From positions 11,480 to 75,479 of the forward strand of contig JAGWVF010000001.1 of NCBI GenBank assembly GCA_018971045.1: a stretch of DNA of 64,000 bases. The letters run 5' to 3'. A program made the position numbers and the translations under genes. Under the pieces are notes generated by a model, which was not told where the DNA came from, made no database searches, and was given only the letters and a program-made list of their open reading frames with translations. Below, in pieces: positions 20,683 through 30,614 of this stretch; within the stretch, counting starts at the first letter, position 1, and every line of letters begins with the position of its first letter. The DNA is from Patescibacteria group bacterium (GTDB taxonomy: Bacteria > Patescibacteriota > Minisyncoccia > Phycocordibacterales > Phycocordibacteraceae).

Positions 20683-22615
20683 CGATGATGTCCTCTCCAT
20701 ACGCGTCATCATACTGCATCACGATGCTGTCGATATCGGCAAGAAAGGATGACGGTTCGAAGGCGTAGTCGCTGCCGTAGATCTTGCGCACCCGGGCGAG
20801 CGTGAGAAAGAGGCGCTCCTTCGCGCGCGTCATCGCCACGTAGAAAAGGCGGCGCTCCTCCTCCGCGTCGCGATCCGTATCGTCTCCCATTCCCTCGTGC
20901 GGGAAGAGCCCCTCTTCCATGCCGGCGACAAAAACGGTGCCGAATTCGAGTCCCTTCGCGGCGTGCACGGTCATGAGCGTTACGCCCGGCCTCTCGCCGC
21001 GATCGAGCTCGTCTTGGTCGCTTGCGAGAGCCGTTTCGGCGAGAAAGGCCGCGATACCCTCCTTCCCCGCGACGGCGTCGTGGCGCGCCGCCACCGACGC
21101 GAGCTCTTCGACGTTCTGAAAGCGCTCGCGATCCTCGGCGTTCCCCTCTTCATACAGTACCCGACGCATGCCGCTCGTCTCGACCGCGAGCTTGACGAAC
21201 TCCGAAGGGATGAGCGTCAGGGCGGCGCGCGCGAGATCGTTTATCGCGCGCTCGAATGCCTCGACCTTCGCGCGTTCGCCGGCACGGAGCTCGGAACGCT
21301 GTCCCGCGGCCATCTTGCCGAGCGTTACTTTCCCGATGCCGCGCGGCGGCGCTCCCGCCGCGCGCACCGTATCGGCCTCGCGCGAAGGATCGAGCGCGAG
21401 CCGCATCCACGCGAGAGCGTCTTTCACCTCCTTCCGCGCGAAAAAGCGCGTGCCGAGCAGTTTGTAGGGTACGCCGGCGCGTAAGAGCCCTTCCTCGAGC
21501 GCGCGGGATTGGAAATTGGTGCGGAAAAGTATCGCGATGTCTTCCGGCGGCGTCCCGTTCTGCATCAGTCCGCGGATTTTCCGCGCGATCCAGAGCGCCT
21601 CTTCCTCGGCATTGACCGCTAGATGCGCCACGATCGGCTCTCCCGGCTCGTTCTCGGTGGTTGAATACTTTTCTTTGCGATTCTTATTCTTTTCGATGAC
21701 CGCATTTGCCGCGTCAACTAAGTTCTTCGTCGAACGATAATTACGCTCGAGAATAATCGTCTGCGCGGCGGGATACGTCTTTTCGAATTCGAGCAGATTC
21801 TCGATCGTCGCGCCACGCCACGTGTAGATGGTCTGATCGATATCGCCGACGACAAAAAGATTCTGATGCTTCGCCGCGAGCAGATTCGCGAGACGTCCTT
21901 GAAGCGCACTCGTATCTTGGTATTCGTCAATGTGGATATAGCGCCAGCGGTTCTGCGCTTGCTCGAGAATATCCGCATGCTCTTCGAGGAGCCGTGCCGG
22001 GAGCGCGATCAGATCGTCGAAATCGAGCGCTTTCTCGTCGGCGAGCGTCTTCTCGTAACGCAGCCATGTTTCGGCGGTAATGCGCATACCGAACCCGGAG
22101 CGCGAATACTTCTCAAAGAATTCCCTCGCATTCATTCCCGCGCCTTTAGCGCGGGAGATGCGGCCGAGGATCGCGCGCGGCGACAGCTCTTTGGCGCCGA
22201 CGTCGAGCGCTTTGAGCGCCGCCCCGATCGCTTTTTCGGAATCGTCGCGGTCGTAAATGCCGAAGAAGCGCGGAATGCCGATTCTCTTTCCGTACTGTTC
22301 GAGGAGTTCCCGGCCGAGTCCGTGGAACGTGGCGATAAAAGGCGCTTCTTCGGCATCGCGCCGCTCGTTCGGCGCAGAATCAAGCGGGACAGAAAACGTT
22401 GCGCGCACGCGCTCGCGCATCTCCCGCGCCGCTTTGTTGGTAAAGGTAACCGCGAGAATCTCCCGCGCGGGTACTCCTTGGCGAACGAGGTGGTAGATGC
22501 GCGTGGTTAAAACGCGCGTCTTCCCGCTCCCGGCGCCCGCGAGAACCGAGATCGGCCCGTCGGTCGTGAGGATCGCCCGTTTTTGCGCTTCATTCAATCC
22601 ATCGAGGTAATTCAC
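20675..22615 (-). CDS. UvrD/PcrA/Rep-family ATP-dependent DNA helicase
   Basis: 646 aa; LNEAQKRAILTTDGPISVLAGAGSGKTRVLT (motifs Q/I), VTFTNKAAREM, DEYQDTS... Confidence 0.9.
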   Translation of the reverse strand: MNYLDGLNEAQKRAILTTDGPISVLAGAGSGKTRVLTTRIYHLVRQGVPAREILAVTFTNKAAREMRERVRATFSVPLDSAPNERRDAEEAPFIATFHGLGRELLEQYGKRIGIPRFFGIYDRDDSEKAIGAALKALDVGAKELSPRAILGRISRAKGAGMNAREFFEKYSRSGFGMRITAETWLRYEKTLADEKALDFDDLIALPARLLEEHADILEQAQNRWRYIHIDEYQDTSALQGRLANLLAAKHQNLFVVGDIDQTIYTWRGATIENLLEFEKTYPAAQTIILERNYRSTKNLVDAANAVIEKNKNRKEKYSTTENEPGEPIVAHLAVNAEEEALWIARKIRGLMQNGTPPEDIAILFRTNFQSRALEEGLLRAGVPYKLLGTRFFARKEVKDALAWMRLALDPSREADTVRAAGAPPRGIGKVTLGKMAAGQRSELRAGERAKVEAFERAINDLARAALTLIPSEFVKLAVETSGMRRVLYEEGNAEDRERFQNVEELASVAARHDAVAGKEGIAAFLAETALASDQDELDRGERPGVTLMTVHAAKGLEFGTVFVAGMEEGLFPHEGMGDDTDRDAEEERRLFYVAMTRAKERLFLTLARVRKIYGSDYAFEPSSFLADIDSIVMQYDDAYGEDIIDA

Positions 22616-22664
22616 TTGACGAGTGTATCAAAAAACGGCTTTCCACACCTCTCGACCCCCTTTA

Positions 22665-22692
22665 TTGACTCCTCAGGCTCCCTCGGTATACT
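22665..22692 (+). promoter_or_regulatory. Candidate promoter of the LysM-M23 peptidase gene
   Basis: TTGACT-N16-TATACT about 160 nt upstream of the ATG. Confidence 0.4.
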
Positions 22693-22852
22693 CAAACTAT
22701 CGACTGATACGGAAGCATTCAAAGAATGGCTTATATACTGTGTATGTAAGCCATTCTTGTGTCTCGGATGACCCCCTGCATTCCCCCGTTTTCCCATTAA
22801 ATCCTACCCCCCATTTCTCATATCCGGCCTCGCAATCATCTCGTCTCTCGCG

Positions 22853-23869
22853 ATGATTCTGCCGAACATTGCCAGCGCCTTCTGGCCATTTTCTACGGAC
22901 GCAAGCGCCGCTCAGGCGACTTCGGCTCCCGACGCATCGACTCCGGTATTGCAAGCGTCAGTCAATATCGACCCGAACCCGAATAAGGGTCTCGGCGCGA
23001 GCCTCCAAACGAGCGGAGGGAAGGCGCTCCTCGCGTATGCGGGTCCCTCAGGCACCATCGCCGATGTCGCGAGCTCGACTCCCTCGGATCGCATCTCGAT
23101 CTACGTCGTACGCCCCGGCGATACTCTTTCCGAAATCGCCTCAATGTACGGCGTCTCGGTAAACACCATCATTTGGGCGAATAATCTGAGCGGCGCGACC
23201 GATGTCCACCCTGGCGATACCCTGATCATCCTCCCTGTCTCTGGACTCGAGCACACGGTCGCGAAGGGCGATACTCTCAAATCGCTCGCTGCAAAATACG
23301 GCGCTGACGCGACCGAAATCGCACAATATAACGGCGTGGATGCGAATACTCCGCTTGTGATCGGTTCCAGGATCATGATCCCGGGCGGCGAGCTCGGAGG
23401 TCCGAGTCAATCTTCACCCGCGAAACGCCCCGGCGGCTCGCGATCGACCAAGGATCCGTATCGCGGCGGAGGCGGCGCGCTTATCGCCGGCTATTTCAGC
23501 AACCCGATTATGGGCGGTATCATCACCCAAGGACTCCATGGATGGAACGCCGTCGATATCGGTGCCGCGATCGGAACCCCGATCCACGCGGCGGCCGACG
23601 GTACCGTCATCATCGTGCGCAACAACGGCGGCTTTAACGGCGGTTACGGCAATTACGTCGTGATTACCCACCCGAACGGAACGCAGACGCTTTATGCGCA
23701 CTTGCGGGCGGCGATCGTCTCGCCCGGACAGGAAGTCTCGGACAGCCAGATCATCGGGTATGTCGGCATGACCGGCCACACGACCGGCCCGCACGTCCAC
23801 TTCGAAGTTCGTGGCGCGGCAAATCCCTTCTCCCACTGCACCATCGGATCCGCCTGTTCTCCGCAATAA
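22853..23869 (+). CDS. LysM-LysM-M23 (LytM-family) peptidoglycan endopeptidase
   Basis: Two LysM repeats (YVVRPGDTLSEIASMYGVSVNTI...; HTVAKGDTLKSLAAKYGADATEIAQYNGV) and an M23 core (HGWNAVDIGAAIGTPIHAAADG ... GQEVSDSQIIGYVGMTGHTTGPHVHFEV). Confidence 0.85.
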   Translation: MILPNIASAFWPFSTDASAAQATSAPDASTPVLQASVNIDPNPNKGLGASLQTSGGKALLAYAGPSGTIADVASSTPSDRISIYVVRPGDTLSEIASMYGVSVNTIIWANNLSGATDVHPGDTLIILPVSGLEHTVAKGDTLKSLAAKYGADATEIAQYNGVDANTPLVIGSRIMIPGGELGGPSQSSPAKRPGGSRSTKDPYRGGGGALIAGYFSNPIMGGIITQGLHGWNAVDIGAAIGTPIHAAADGTVIIVRNNGGFNGGYGNYVVITHPNGTQTLYAHLRAAIVSPGQEVSDSQIIGYVGMTGHTTGPHVHFEVRGAANPFSHCTIGSACSPQ

Positions 23870-23894
23870 ACTTTCCTCAAACGCCTTATTTTTA

Positions 23895-25469
23895 TTATTC
23901 AAATCCAAAGAGCCCGCGCGGGCGATACTGGAGCGCTTCGTGGAGATGAGAGGGCGTAACGAGACCGCTCCCTGCGAGGTCGGCAATCGTGCGCGCGACC
24001 CGCATCGTGCGGTGATACGAGCGCGGCGAGAGATTGAGGCGCGCGGCCGCCGTGGTGAGGGTTTGCCTCGCGGCATCAGTGAAGCCGCTTCGCTCGTCGA
24101 GCTCGCGGCCAGAAAGAGCGGCATTCGTCGCGCCCGGCTTCCCCGCCCGTTTCTCCGCGAGAGCCCGAGCATTCATCACCCGCCGACGCACGCTCTCCGA
24201 CGATTCTCCGCGCGAGAGCTTCGAAAGCGTATCGTGCGGAACGATCGGCACTTCGATCCAGAGATCGAGGCGATCAACGATCGGTCGACTGATGCGCCGC
24301 GCCTGCTTCGCCGCCGCGCGCAGTGCGGCGCGCGCATCCTCAGTAAGCGTATCCGCCGGATTCATCGCGGCGACGATCATGCAGTCGGCAGGAAACGTGA
24401 TGCTCGCCCGGGCGCGCGAAACTGTCACGACGCGATCTTCAAGCGGTTGGCGAAGCGCTTCGAGCGTTCTCGAATCGAATTCGGGAAACTCGTCGAGGAA
24501 GAGAACGCCTTTGTGCGCGAGCGTCACCTCGCCCGCTTTCGGGAACGCGCCGCCGCCCACGATCGCGACGTGCGAGATCGAGTGATGCGGCGAACGAAAA
24601 GGCGGCCAATAGACCGCTTCGCCTTCATTTAAGAGTCCGGCGATCGAGTGGATCGCCGTAACTTCAAGAACGTCGTCATCGGTGAGGGGCGGAAGAATTC
24701 CGGTAAGCGCCCGAGCGAGCATCGTCTTTCCGGTGCCCGGAGGACCGTAAAAGACGATATTGTGCCGGCCCGCCGCCGCGATCTCGAGCGCGCGCTTCGC
24801 GCTCTCCTGACCCTTAATGTCCGCAAGATCGATGGCAAGGGGCGGCGACACGGCATGACGGGAGCGCACGAGCCGCGGTAGCGGCTTCTCTTCTTTCAAA
24901 TGTCCGAGAAGTTCGCCAAGCGTCTCGGGCGCGTAAATCGTAACTCCTTCCGCGAGGAGCGCTTCGCGCGTGTTTCCGGGCGGCACCACGATGATCTTGA
25001 TCCCGCGCCTCTTTGCCGCAAGCACCTGCGGCAATACGCCGCGAACCGCGCGCAACGCACCATCGAGCGCGAGTTCGCCGATGAGAAGCATCTCGTCTTC
25101 AGGCGGTGCGAGCTCCCCCGCGGCGATAAGATACGCGAGCGCGAGCGCGAGGTCATAATGCGAGCCTTCTTTCTTTAAATCCGCCGGCGAAAGCGAGAGT
25201 ACGATGCGTTTATTCTGTTGTTTGGGCGACTTATAGCCTGAGTGGCGAATCGCCGCACTTACCCGATCGCGCGCTTCGTCAACAGCCTTGTCGGCAAGTC
25301 CGACGACCGCGAAATTATGGAGGCCTCGGGTAAGATCGGCCTCGACGCTCACCACCTGTGCGAGCGCGCCGACCGGCTGCGCCGCAAGCGTCTTCGCATA
25401 CCCAAGCTTCGGAAGCGGACGAACGGCGGGCGATTGATGCGGCGTTCGTTCCGATCGCGCGGCGGGCAT
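23895..25469 (-). CDS. comM: YifB/ComM-family Mg-chelatase-like AAA+ ATPase
   Basis: [18 protein letters not shown] (Walker A), [10 protein letters not shown] (Walker B), C-terminal Mg-chelatase domain. The true start may be a non-ATG codon ~20 codons downstream of the annotated Met. Confidence 0.85.
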   Translation of the reverse strand: MPAARSERTPHQSPAVRPLPKLGYAKTLAAQPVGALAQVVSVEADLTRGLHNFAVVGLADKAVDEARDRVSAAIRHSGYKSPKQQNKRIVLSLSPADLKKEGSHYDLALALAYLIAAGELAPPEDEMLLIGELALDGALRAVRGVLPQVLAAKRRGIKIIVVPPGNTREALLAEGVTIYAPETLGELLGHLKEEKPLPRLVRSRHAVSPPLAIDLADIKGQESAKRALEIAAAGRHNIVFYGPPGTGKTMLARALTGILPPLTDDDVLEVTAIHSIAGLLNEGEAVYWPPFRSPHHSISHVAIVGGGAFPKAGEVTLAHKGVLFLDEFPEFDSRTLEALRQPLEDRVVTVSRARASITFPADCMIVAAMNPADTLTEDARAALRAAAKQARRISRPIVDRLDLWIEVPIVPHDTLSKLSRGESSESVRRRVMNARALAEKRAGKPGATNAALSGRELDERSGFTDAARQTLTTAAARLNLSPRSYHRTMRVARTIADLAGSGLVTPSHLHEALQYRPRGLFGFE

Positions 25470-25472
25470 GGG

Positions 25473-25820
25473 CTAGAGATCTTTGATGCAGGTGGTCGCG
25501 GCGGGATCCGCTTCGAGCCGTTTCTCCTCGATAGCCTCGCCACAGACCTCGCAGATCCCGTAGGCACCCTTCTCGATTCGCCGCAAGGCGTTTAGAACGG
25601 CGTCATAACGCGCCTCAAGATCGGCGAGAATCGCGGCATTCCCCTCCCGATTCATCACCACGTCCGCCTGATCGGCGAGATCGGCCTCCATGCCGATCTC
25701 TGAGGGCGCCACTTCCCAATCATCCGGCACCGCCGAATTAGGGCGGCCAACGGTCCCCATCTCATGTTCCAGTACTCGCTTGTCCTCCTCGAGTTTCTGT
25801 TTGAAGTAATCGGTCTTCAT
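25473..25820 (-). CDS. DksA/TraR-family C4 zinc-finger protein (YteA-like)
   Basis: 115 aa; C-terminal CEVCGEAIEEKRLEADPAATTC zinc finger, N-terminal coiled-coil. Confidence 0.7.
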   Translation of the reverse strand: MKTDYFKQKLEEDKRVLEHEMGTVGRPNSAVPDDWEVAPSEIGMEADLADQADVVMNREGNAAILADLEARYDAVLNALRRIEKGAYGICEVCGEAIEEKRLEADPAATTCIKDL

Positions 25821-25837
25821 GGTGAGATGATACCAGA

Positions 25838-27226
25838 TTATTGAAGGCGTGTCCGCGCATTGGCGAGGCGGCCCAAGAGGTCGGTAAAGGCCGCGGGATC
25901 GCGCGCGATAACAAGCGTGGTCGGATTCCAGTACCCGTAGAGAAGGAGGCTTCTTCCTTGCGCATCGCGGACGATGCGCACGTCATGATTGGCCACCGTA
26001 TCATCAACGAAGCGGACATTCGATGCGTTGGCGGACCCGTCTGCCGCAACGGTCGTTGACGCCGCAGTTGTTGACGCCGTAGCCGGCGCCTGCGGCGCAA
26101 AGAGCGTGCCGAGATCGGTGAGGATCCGGGGCTCCCAGGTCAGCATCCCCGCCAGAGTTTCGTTATACGCAGCTACCGAGAGGATAAAAAAGATCGATTG
26201 TCTCCCGCCCTGCCACGTCGCGCTTTTCGTCATGATGACGCCGGCCATACTCCCTACGGCGTTCACGTTGCGAACGAGCGCATCGGGCGCCGATGTTCTA
26301 AGCGCCGCAAGGATATTCTCGGTCGCGCTCGCCGCCTCGGTGGAAGTCGCGATCGTGAGAAATCGAACCGTTCCCGACGCAAGCGGTAAGCTTGCTGACT
26401 CCGCGAGAGCCTGAATAAGCGCCTGTCCCCGCCCCGAGACCGTCACGCGCTCATCGACGACGATCGGTGTCGGTATCGTCGCGGTCGGAATGACGGGTAC
26501 GTTTCGCGCCGCATACTGCCGATAGGCATAATAAGATCCGGCCGCTCCGGCGATAAAAAGCACCGCTCCCGCGATGCTGTAGACAATCGCGGGAGAAAAT
26601 CGCGCTCTTGGAACATCGGTTCTCGGTTCTCCTTGGAGCGCGTCCTGCTCTGCGGCGAGCACCGTCGCCGTTGATGCGCGCGTCTTCTGTACGCGTTCCA
26701 TGAAATCCCCCGAGTACGTCTGGAGCGGGCTGGCCGATCGTTTGTAGGTGAGCGGCGGAACGGGAGGTTCGGGAGATTGCTCCGGAGCAAAGATGGGGCG
26801 CGGCATCGCCGGATCTTGGGGAATAAAGGCTGGCTGAAACGGCATTGACGGAGGAGGCGGCGGTTCAATCGGCGGCGGAAGAGGCGTCTCAATGGGTGGA
26901 GGTATCGCGGGCGGCGGTTCCGGCGCGGGCGCTGGTTCTCGAATCGGCTCCGGAAGCGGTTCGGGGACCGCAATCGGCTCCAACGCCGGCTCTGGCTCTG
27001 GCGCCTGCGGTGGAGGTGGAGGTGGAGGTGGAGGTGGCACTGGAGTAGGCGGAGTAATCGTGGCCGCCCTCTCTTCTTGCGGCGAAGAAGGAGTCGGCGG
27101 GACGAAAGTCTGCAGATTGAGCTTCTTCAATTCCTCGAGATCTCCCTCGTAGGTGCGCACGAACTTCTTCGGCTGATCTTCCGAAGCGCCGAGAATCGTA
27201 TCCGACGTTGATGGAGTGGTATCCAT
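25838..27226 (-). CDS. Single-pass membrane protein: proline-rich cytoplasmic N-terminus, central TM, extracytoplasmic C-terminal domain
   Basis: 462 aa; poly-Pro (PPPPPPPPPPP) encoded by a (GGAGGT)n tandem repeat; TM segment FSPAIVYSIAGAVLFIAGAAG. Confidence 0.55.
   Translation of the reverse strand: MDTTPSTSDTILGASEDQPKKFVRTYEGDLEELKKLNLQTFVPPTPSSPQEERAATITPPTPVPPPPPPPPPPQAPEPEPALEPIAVPEPLPEPIREPAPAPEPPPAIPPPIETPLPPPIEPPPPPSMPFQPAFIPQDPAMPRPIFAPEQSPEPPVPPLTYKRSASPLQTYSGDFMERVQKTRASTATVLAAEQDALQGEPRTDVPRARFSPAIVYSIAGAVLFIAGAAGSYYAYRQYAARNVPVIPTATIPTPIVVDERVTVSGRGQALIQALAESASLPLASGTVRFLTIATSTEAASATENILAALRTSAPDALVRNVNAVGSMAGVIMTKSATWQGGRQSIFFILSVAAYNETLAGMLTWEPRILTDLGTLFAPQAPATASTTAASTTVAADGSANASNVRFVDDTVANHDVRIVRDAQGRSLLLYGYWNPTTLVIARDPAAFTDLLGRLANARTRLQ
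27009..27038. repeat. Hexanucleotide tandem repeat (GGAGGT)x5 encoding poly-proline
   Basis: ggtggaggtggaggtggaggtggaggtggc, in frame within CDS 25838..27226. Confidence 0.8.
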
Positions 27227-27265
27227 ACCCCCTAGTGTAGCGCATTTCGGCGCGAGGAGAGAGGA

Positions 27266-27781
27266 TTATGCGCGCGACGAAATAGTGAACCGATGAGGAT
27301 CGTCGCACATATCGGTAAAGGCGTGCGCGGCCTCCTTCAATTTACTCGATGAGGACTTGCCAAATGAAATAACTTCAACCTGGCACCCCTCATTCATATC
27401 GAGATACTGGATCAGCGGGACGAAATCGCCGTCGCCGGTCACGAGGACGACCGTGTCGAGCTTCGGCGCGAGCTTTACCGCGTCAATCGCGAGCCCGACG
27501 TCCCAGTCCGCCTTCTTCGCGCCATCGGCAAAGACTTGGAGATCTTTGACCTTCGTCTCGATCCCCATCTTGGTAAGCGCTTCGAAGAAATTCTTTTCTT
27601 CGCCGCTGTCGGTCGCGATCACATAGGCGATCGCGCGCACAAGGAAACGCCCTCCGACAGCCTCTTCGAGGATATTGGCGAAGTTCACCCGCGCTTTATA
27701 GAGATGTTTCGCACTGTGATAGAGATTCTGTGTGTCGATAAAGACCCCGACACGTTGGGCTGGATGTTTGATAACGGCCAT
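27266..27781 (-). CDS. NYN/LabA-like (PIN-fold) domain protein
   Basis: 171 aa; VGVFIDTQNLYHS...VLVTGDGDFVPLIQYL, typical of NYN/DUF88 proteins. Confidence 0.75.
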   Translation of the reverse strand: MAVIKHPAQRVGVFIDTQNLYHSAKHLYKARVNFANILEEAVGGRFLVRAIAYVIATDSGEEKNFFEALTKMGIETKVKDLQVFADGAKKADWDVGLAIDAVKLAPKLDTVVLVTGDGDFVPLIQYLDMNEGCQVEVISFGKSSSSKLKEAAHAFTDMCDDPHRFTISSRA

Positions 27782-27837
27782 ACAAATAAAAATAAAAGCG
27801 TAATAAAATGCTCACTCCTATGCTAGCACAAGCTGGT

Positions 27838-27943
27838 TCAAAAACGTCGGATGCAAGGCGCGGGCAGGTGACTTTCGGAGGCGTACGGTACGGTACGACG
27901 GAGAAAGTCAGCGGGGCACGCAACGCAGACAGGTGGCGTTTTT
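27838..27943 (-). other. Nested long-range hairpin RNA element immediately downstream of rpsO, followed by a U-rich tract
   Basis: GTTCAAAAACG...CGTTTTTGAAC (11-bp outer stem). Inner GACTTTC/GAAAGTC stem around a (GTACG)3 core. On the minus strand it is followed by TTTTATTACGCTTTTATTTTTATTTG. Confidence 0.45.
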
Positions 27944-27950
27944 GAACAGC

Positions 27951-28217
27951 TTATTTCTTCAAACCGAGCTTCTTGATAAGCGCGTTGTAATGGCGCTTGT
28001 TATTCGTCTCGAGATAGCGCAGGTGCGAGCGGCGATCGGCCACCATCTGGAGGAGGCCGCGGCGCGAATGGAAGTCCTTCGGATTCTTCTTCAGGTGCTT
28101 CGCGAGCTCGTCAATCTGCTTGGAGAGGAGCGCGACTTGTACATCGGCCGAGCCGGTGTCAGTGTCGTGACGGGCGGCATCCTTGATAATGGCCGCCTTT
28201 TTCTTAGTCGTAAGCAT
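27951..28217 (-). CDS. rpsO: 30S ribosomal protein S15
   Basis: Internal Met gives MLTTKKKAAIIKDAARHDTDTGSADVQVALLSKQIDELAKHLKKNPKDFHSRRGLLQMV..., a canonical S15 sequence. Confidence 0.9.
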   Translation of the reverse strand: MLTTKKKAAIIKDAARHDTDTGSADVQVALLSKQIDELAKHLKKNPKDFHSRRGLLQMVADRRSHLRYLETNNKRHYNALIKKLGLKK

Positions 28218-28318
28218 ATTTTCTATCTTACCATATCTTGATAAAATCCGCAAGTGTGTCGGGGTCTGCTCGACTCTTCCAAAATACGCACAATAATCGG
28301 TACGGTATACTTAAGATC

Positions 28319-29239
28319 ATGAATGCCGAGGACGCCAAGAGGCAGTTTCTGGAGTATATCGAGATCGAGCGCGGGCGGGCGGTCAAGACGATCGAGAATT
28401 ATGACCGTTATCTCTCCCGCTACTTCGCTCAGATGCACATTGCGCGCGTAAGCGACATTACGGAACAGAATGTCCGCGAATTCCGCTTGTGGCTTAATCG
28501 ACAGAAGGGATCGGGGAACGACTCGATGAAACGCCGTACCCAGAATTACTACATGATCGCTCTGCGCGCTTTCCTCAAATTTCTGCGGAAACGAGACATC
28601 GAGGCGATCTCTCCTGAGAAGATCGAGCTCGCGAAGCTCCCCGAGCGCCAGCTCGATCTCATCACTTCTGCCGAGCTCGAACGGCTCTTGAAGGCGCCGG
28701 GCGAAGCACTCGAAAAAGAGGAACATCATGAAAAACGCTTGAAATATCTGCGCGATCGCGCGATCCTCGAGCTTCTCTTCTCGACCGGCCTCCGCGTCTC
28801 CGAACTCTGCTCGCTTCAGAGCGACATCGATCTCTCTCGCGACGAGCTCTCGGTGCGCGGCAAGGGCGACAAGGTGCGCGTCGTATTCCTCTCTCCTGCG
28901 GCTAAAGACGCCGTGCATCAGTATCTAAAAGAGAGAAAGGATATGGAGGAGGCGCTCTTCGTGGATGGCCGGCCGAATTCGCTCCACCGGATCACGCCCC
29001 GAGATATCCAGCGCCACTTGAAGGGGTACGTCGCCCGAGCCGGAATTACGAACGTCGTCACCCCCCACACTCTCCGCCACGCCTTCGCGACCGACCTCTT
29101 GAGTAACGGCGCCGATATCCGCTCCGTCCAACAGCTCCTCGGCCACGCCTCGATTAACACGACGCAAATTTATACCCACGTAACCGACTCGCACCTGCGC
29201 GAAATCCATAAGAAGTACCATTCCCATCGCGCTATATAG
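28319..29239 (+). CDS. xerC: Tyrosine site-specific recombinase XerC/XerD family
   Basis: Core-binding N-domain plus a catalytic C-domain (R..H..R..Y: HTLRHAFATDLLSNGADIRSVQQLLGHASINTTQIYTHV). The start is taken at the internal MNAEDAKRQFLEY to avoid overlap with rpsO. Confidence 0.85.
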   Translation: MNAEDAKRQFLEYIEIERGRAVKTIENYDRYLSRYFAQMHIARVSDITEQNVREFRLWLNRQKGSGNDSMKRRTQNYYMIALRAFLKFLRKRDIEAISPEKIELAKLPERQLDLITSAELERLLKAPGEALEKEEHHEKRLKYLRDRAILELLFSTGLRVSELCSLQSDIDLSRDELSVRGKGDKVRVVFLSPAAKDAVHQYLKERKDMEEALFVDGRPNSLHRITPRDIQRHLKGYVARAGITNVVTPHTLRHAFATDLLSNGADIRSVQQLLGHASINTTQIYTHVTDSHLREIHKKYHSHRAI

Positions 29240-29272
29240 GTACGGGAAACACAGCGGTTGTATACTGAGGTG

Positions 29273-30040
29273 ATGAAAATCGTCTCGTGGAACGTGAACG
29301 GGCTCCGCTCACTCGCTAACGACGGCTATTGGGAATCATTCTTAAAGACTGCAAAACCGGATATCTTTTGCCTTCAAGAGACGAAGGCGAGCCCGGATCA
29401 GCTCTCCGAGGTGTTCCTCTCCCCTGCCGGCTACTCGGCCTTTTTTTCCTCCTCAGAAATGAAGAAGGGCTACAGCGGCGTCGCGCTCTATTCCAAGACC
29501 GAACCATTGAAGGTGATCTATGGGATGGGCATTAAAGAATTTGACCAAGAGGGCCGCCTCGTGGGAGCCGAGTTCCCTCACTTTTGGCTTCTGAACGTCT
29601 ACTTCCCAAACGGAGGCCAAGGGCCCGAGCGGCTCGACTATAAACTGCGCTACTACGATGCTTTTCTGAAATATGCCGAGAGATTACGCAAGGAGAAGCC
29701 CGTCATTTTCTGCGGCGACGTGAACACCGCTCACGAAGAGATCGATCTCGCCCGACCGAAAGAAAATGAAGAGCATACGGGCTTTCTCTCCGAAGAGCGC
29801 GCATGGATCGACGAGGTCGTCGCGGCCGGCTACGTCGACACCTTCCGCCGCTTTCATCCGCACACCAAAGAGGCCTACACCTATTGGGACATAAAAACGC
29901 ACGCGCGCGACCGCAACATCGGCTGGCGCCTCGACTACTTCTTCGCGGCGAATGAATGTATGAAGCGGATAAAAAAGTCCGAGATTCATCCCGAAATTTA
30001 CGGATCCGATCACTGCCCGATCAGCATCACCATCGGATAG
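29273..30040 (+). CDS. xth: Exodeoxyribonuclease III (Xth/APE family)
   Basis: MKIVSWNVNGLRS...CLQETK...GDVNTAHEEIDL...GSDHCPI. Confidence 0.85.
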   Translation: MKIVSWNVNGLRSLANDGYWESFLKTAKPDIFCLQETKASPDQLSEVFLSPAGYSAFFSSSEMKKGYSGVALYSKTEPLKVIYGMGIKEFDQEGRLVGAEFPHFWLLNVYFPNGGQGPERLDYKLRYYDAFLKYAERLRKEKPVIFCGDVNTAHEEIDLARPKENEEHTGFLSEERAWIDEVVAAGYVDTFRRFHPHTKEAYTYWDIKTHARDRNIGWRLDYFFAANECMKRIKKSEIHPEIYGSDHCPISITIG

Positions 30041-30059
30041 AAGTTGTATACTGGCGGAT

Positions 30060-30596
30060 ATGAAAAAAGCAACGAAGAAAGCAGAAAAGAAAAAAACGAT
30101 AGTCGCCGTGTCGGGCGGCTTCGATCCGATCCACATCGGGCATGTACGGATGATCCAAGAAGCGAAAAAGCTCGGCGATGAGCTTGTCGTCATTATCAAT
30201 AATGACCATTGGCTCCGCGACAAGAAGGGCTTTCCGTTTATGCCGGAACATGAGCGGAAGGAGATCATCGAGGCTATCGCCGGCGTCGATCGCGCCGTAC
30301 TTACCGACCATGCCCCGGGAGAATATTTTATTGATCGCAGCGTCTGCCGAACCTTGCGCGCGGTGAAGCCGAACGTCTTCGCCAACGGCGGCGACAGGAA
30401 GCCCGACGGCGATCCGGTGCCAGAGGTCGCGCTCTGCGACGAGCTCGGAATCGCTCTGGTCTACAATGTCGGCGCGGGCGGCAAGGTGCAATCGTCATCG
30501 TGGCTCATCGCCGCGGCGGCCGAGAATGCGCCCGCGAAAAAATCAGCCGCGGGATCAAGAGCGCGCAACTTGCACGCGGCGAACAAAGCGGTATGA
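30060..30596 (+). CDS. Cytidylyltransferase-like nucleotidyltransferase (HIGH motif; RfaE-II/TagD/NMNAT-like)
   Basis: VAVSGGFDPIHIGHVRMIQEAKKLGDELVVIIN, a class-I-like nucleotidyltransferase fold. Confidence 0.65.
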   Translation: MKKATKKAEKKKTIVAVSGGFDPIHIGHVRMIQEAKKLGDELVVIINNDHWLRDKKGFPFMPEHERKEIIEAIAGVDRAVLTDHAPGEYFIDRSVCRTLRAVKPNVFANGGDRKPDGDPVPEVALCDELGIALVYNVGAGGKVQSSSWLIAAAAENAPAKKSAAGSRARNLHAANKAV

Positions 30597-30614
30597 TTCC
30601 CTTAGCCGTCACCC

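Noticed and set aside
23414-24172. 252-aa minus-strand Arg-rich ORF
   Set aside because: Antisense of the well-supported LysM-M23 peptidase and comM frames; a typical spurious ORF in high-GC DNA.
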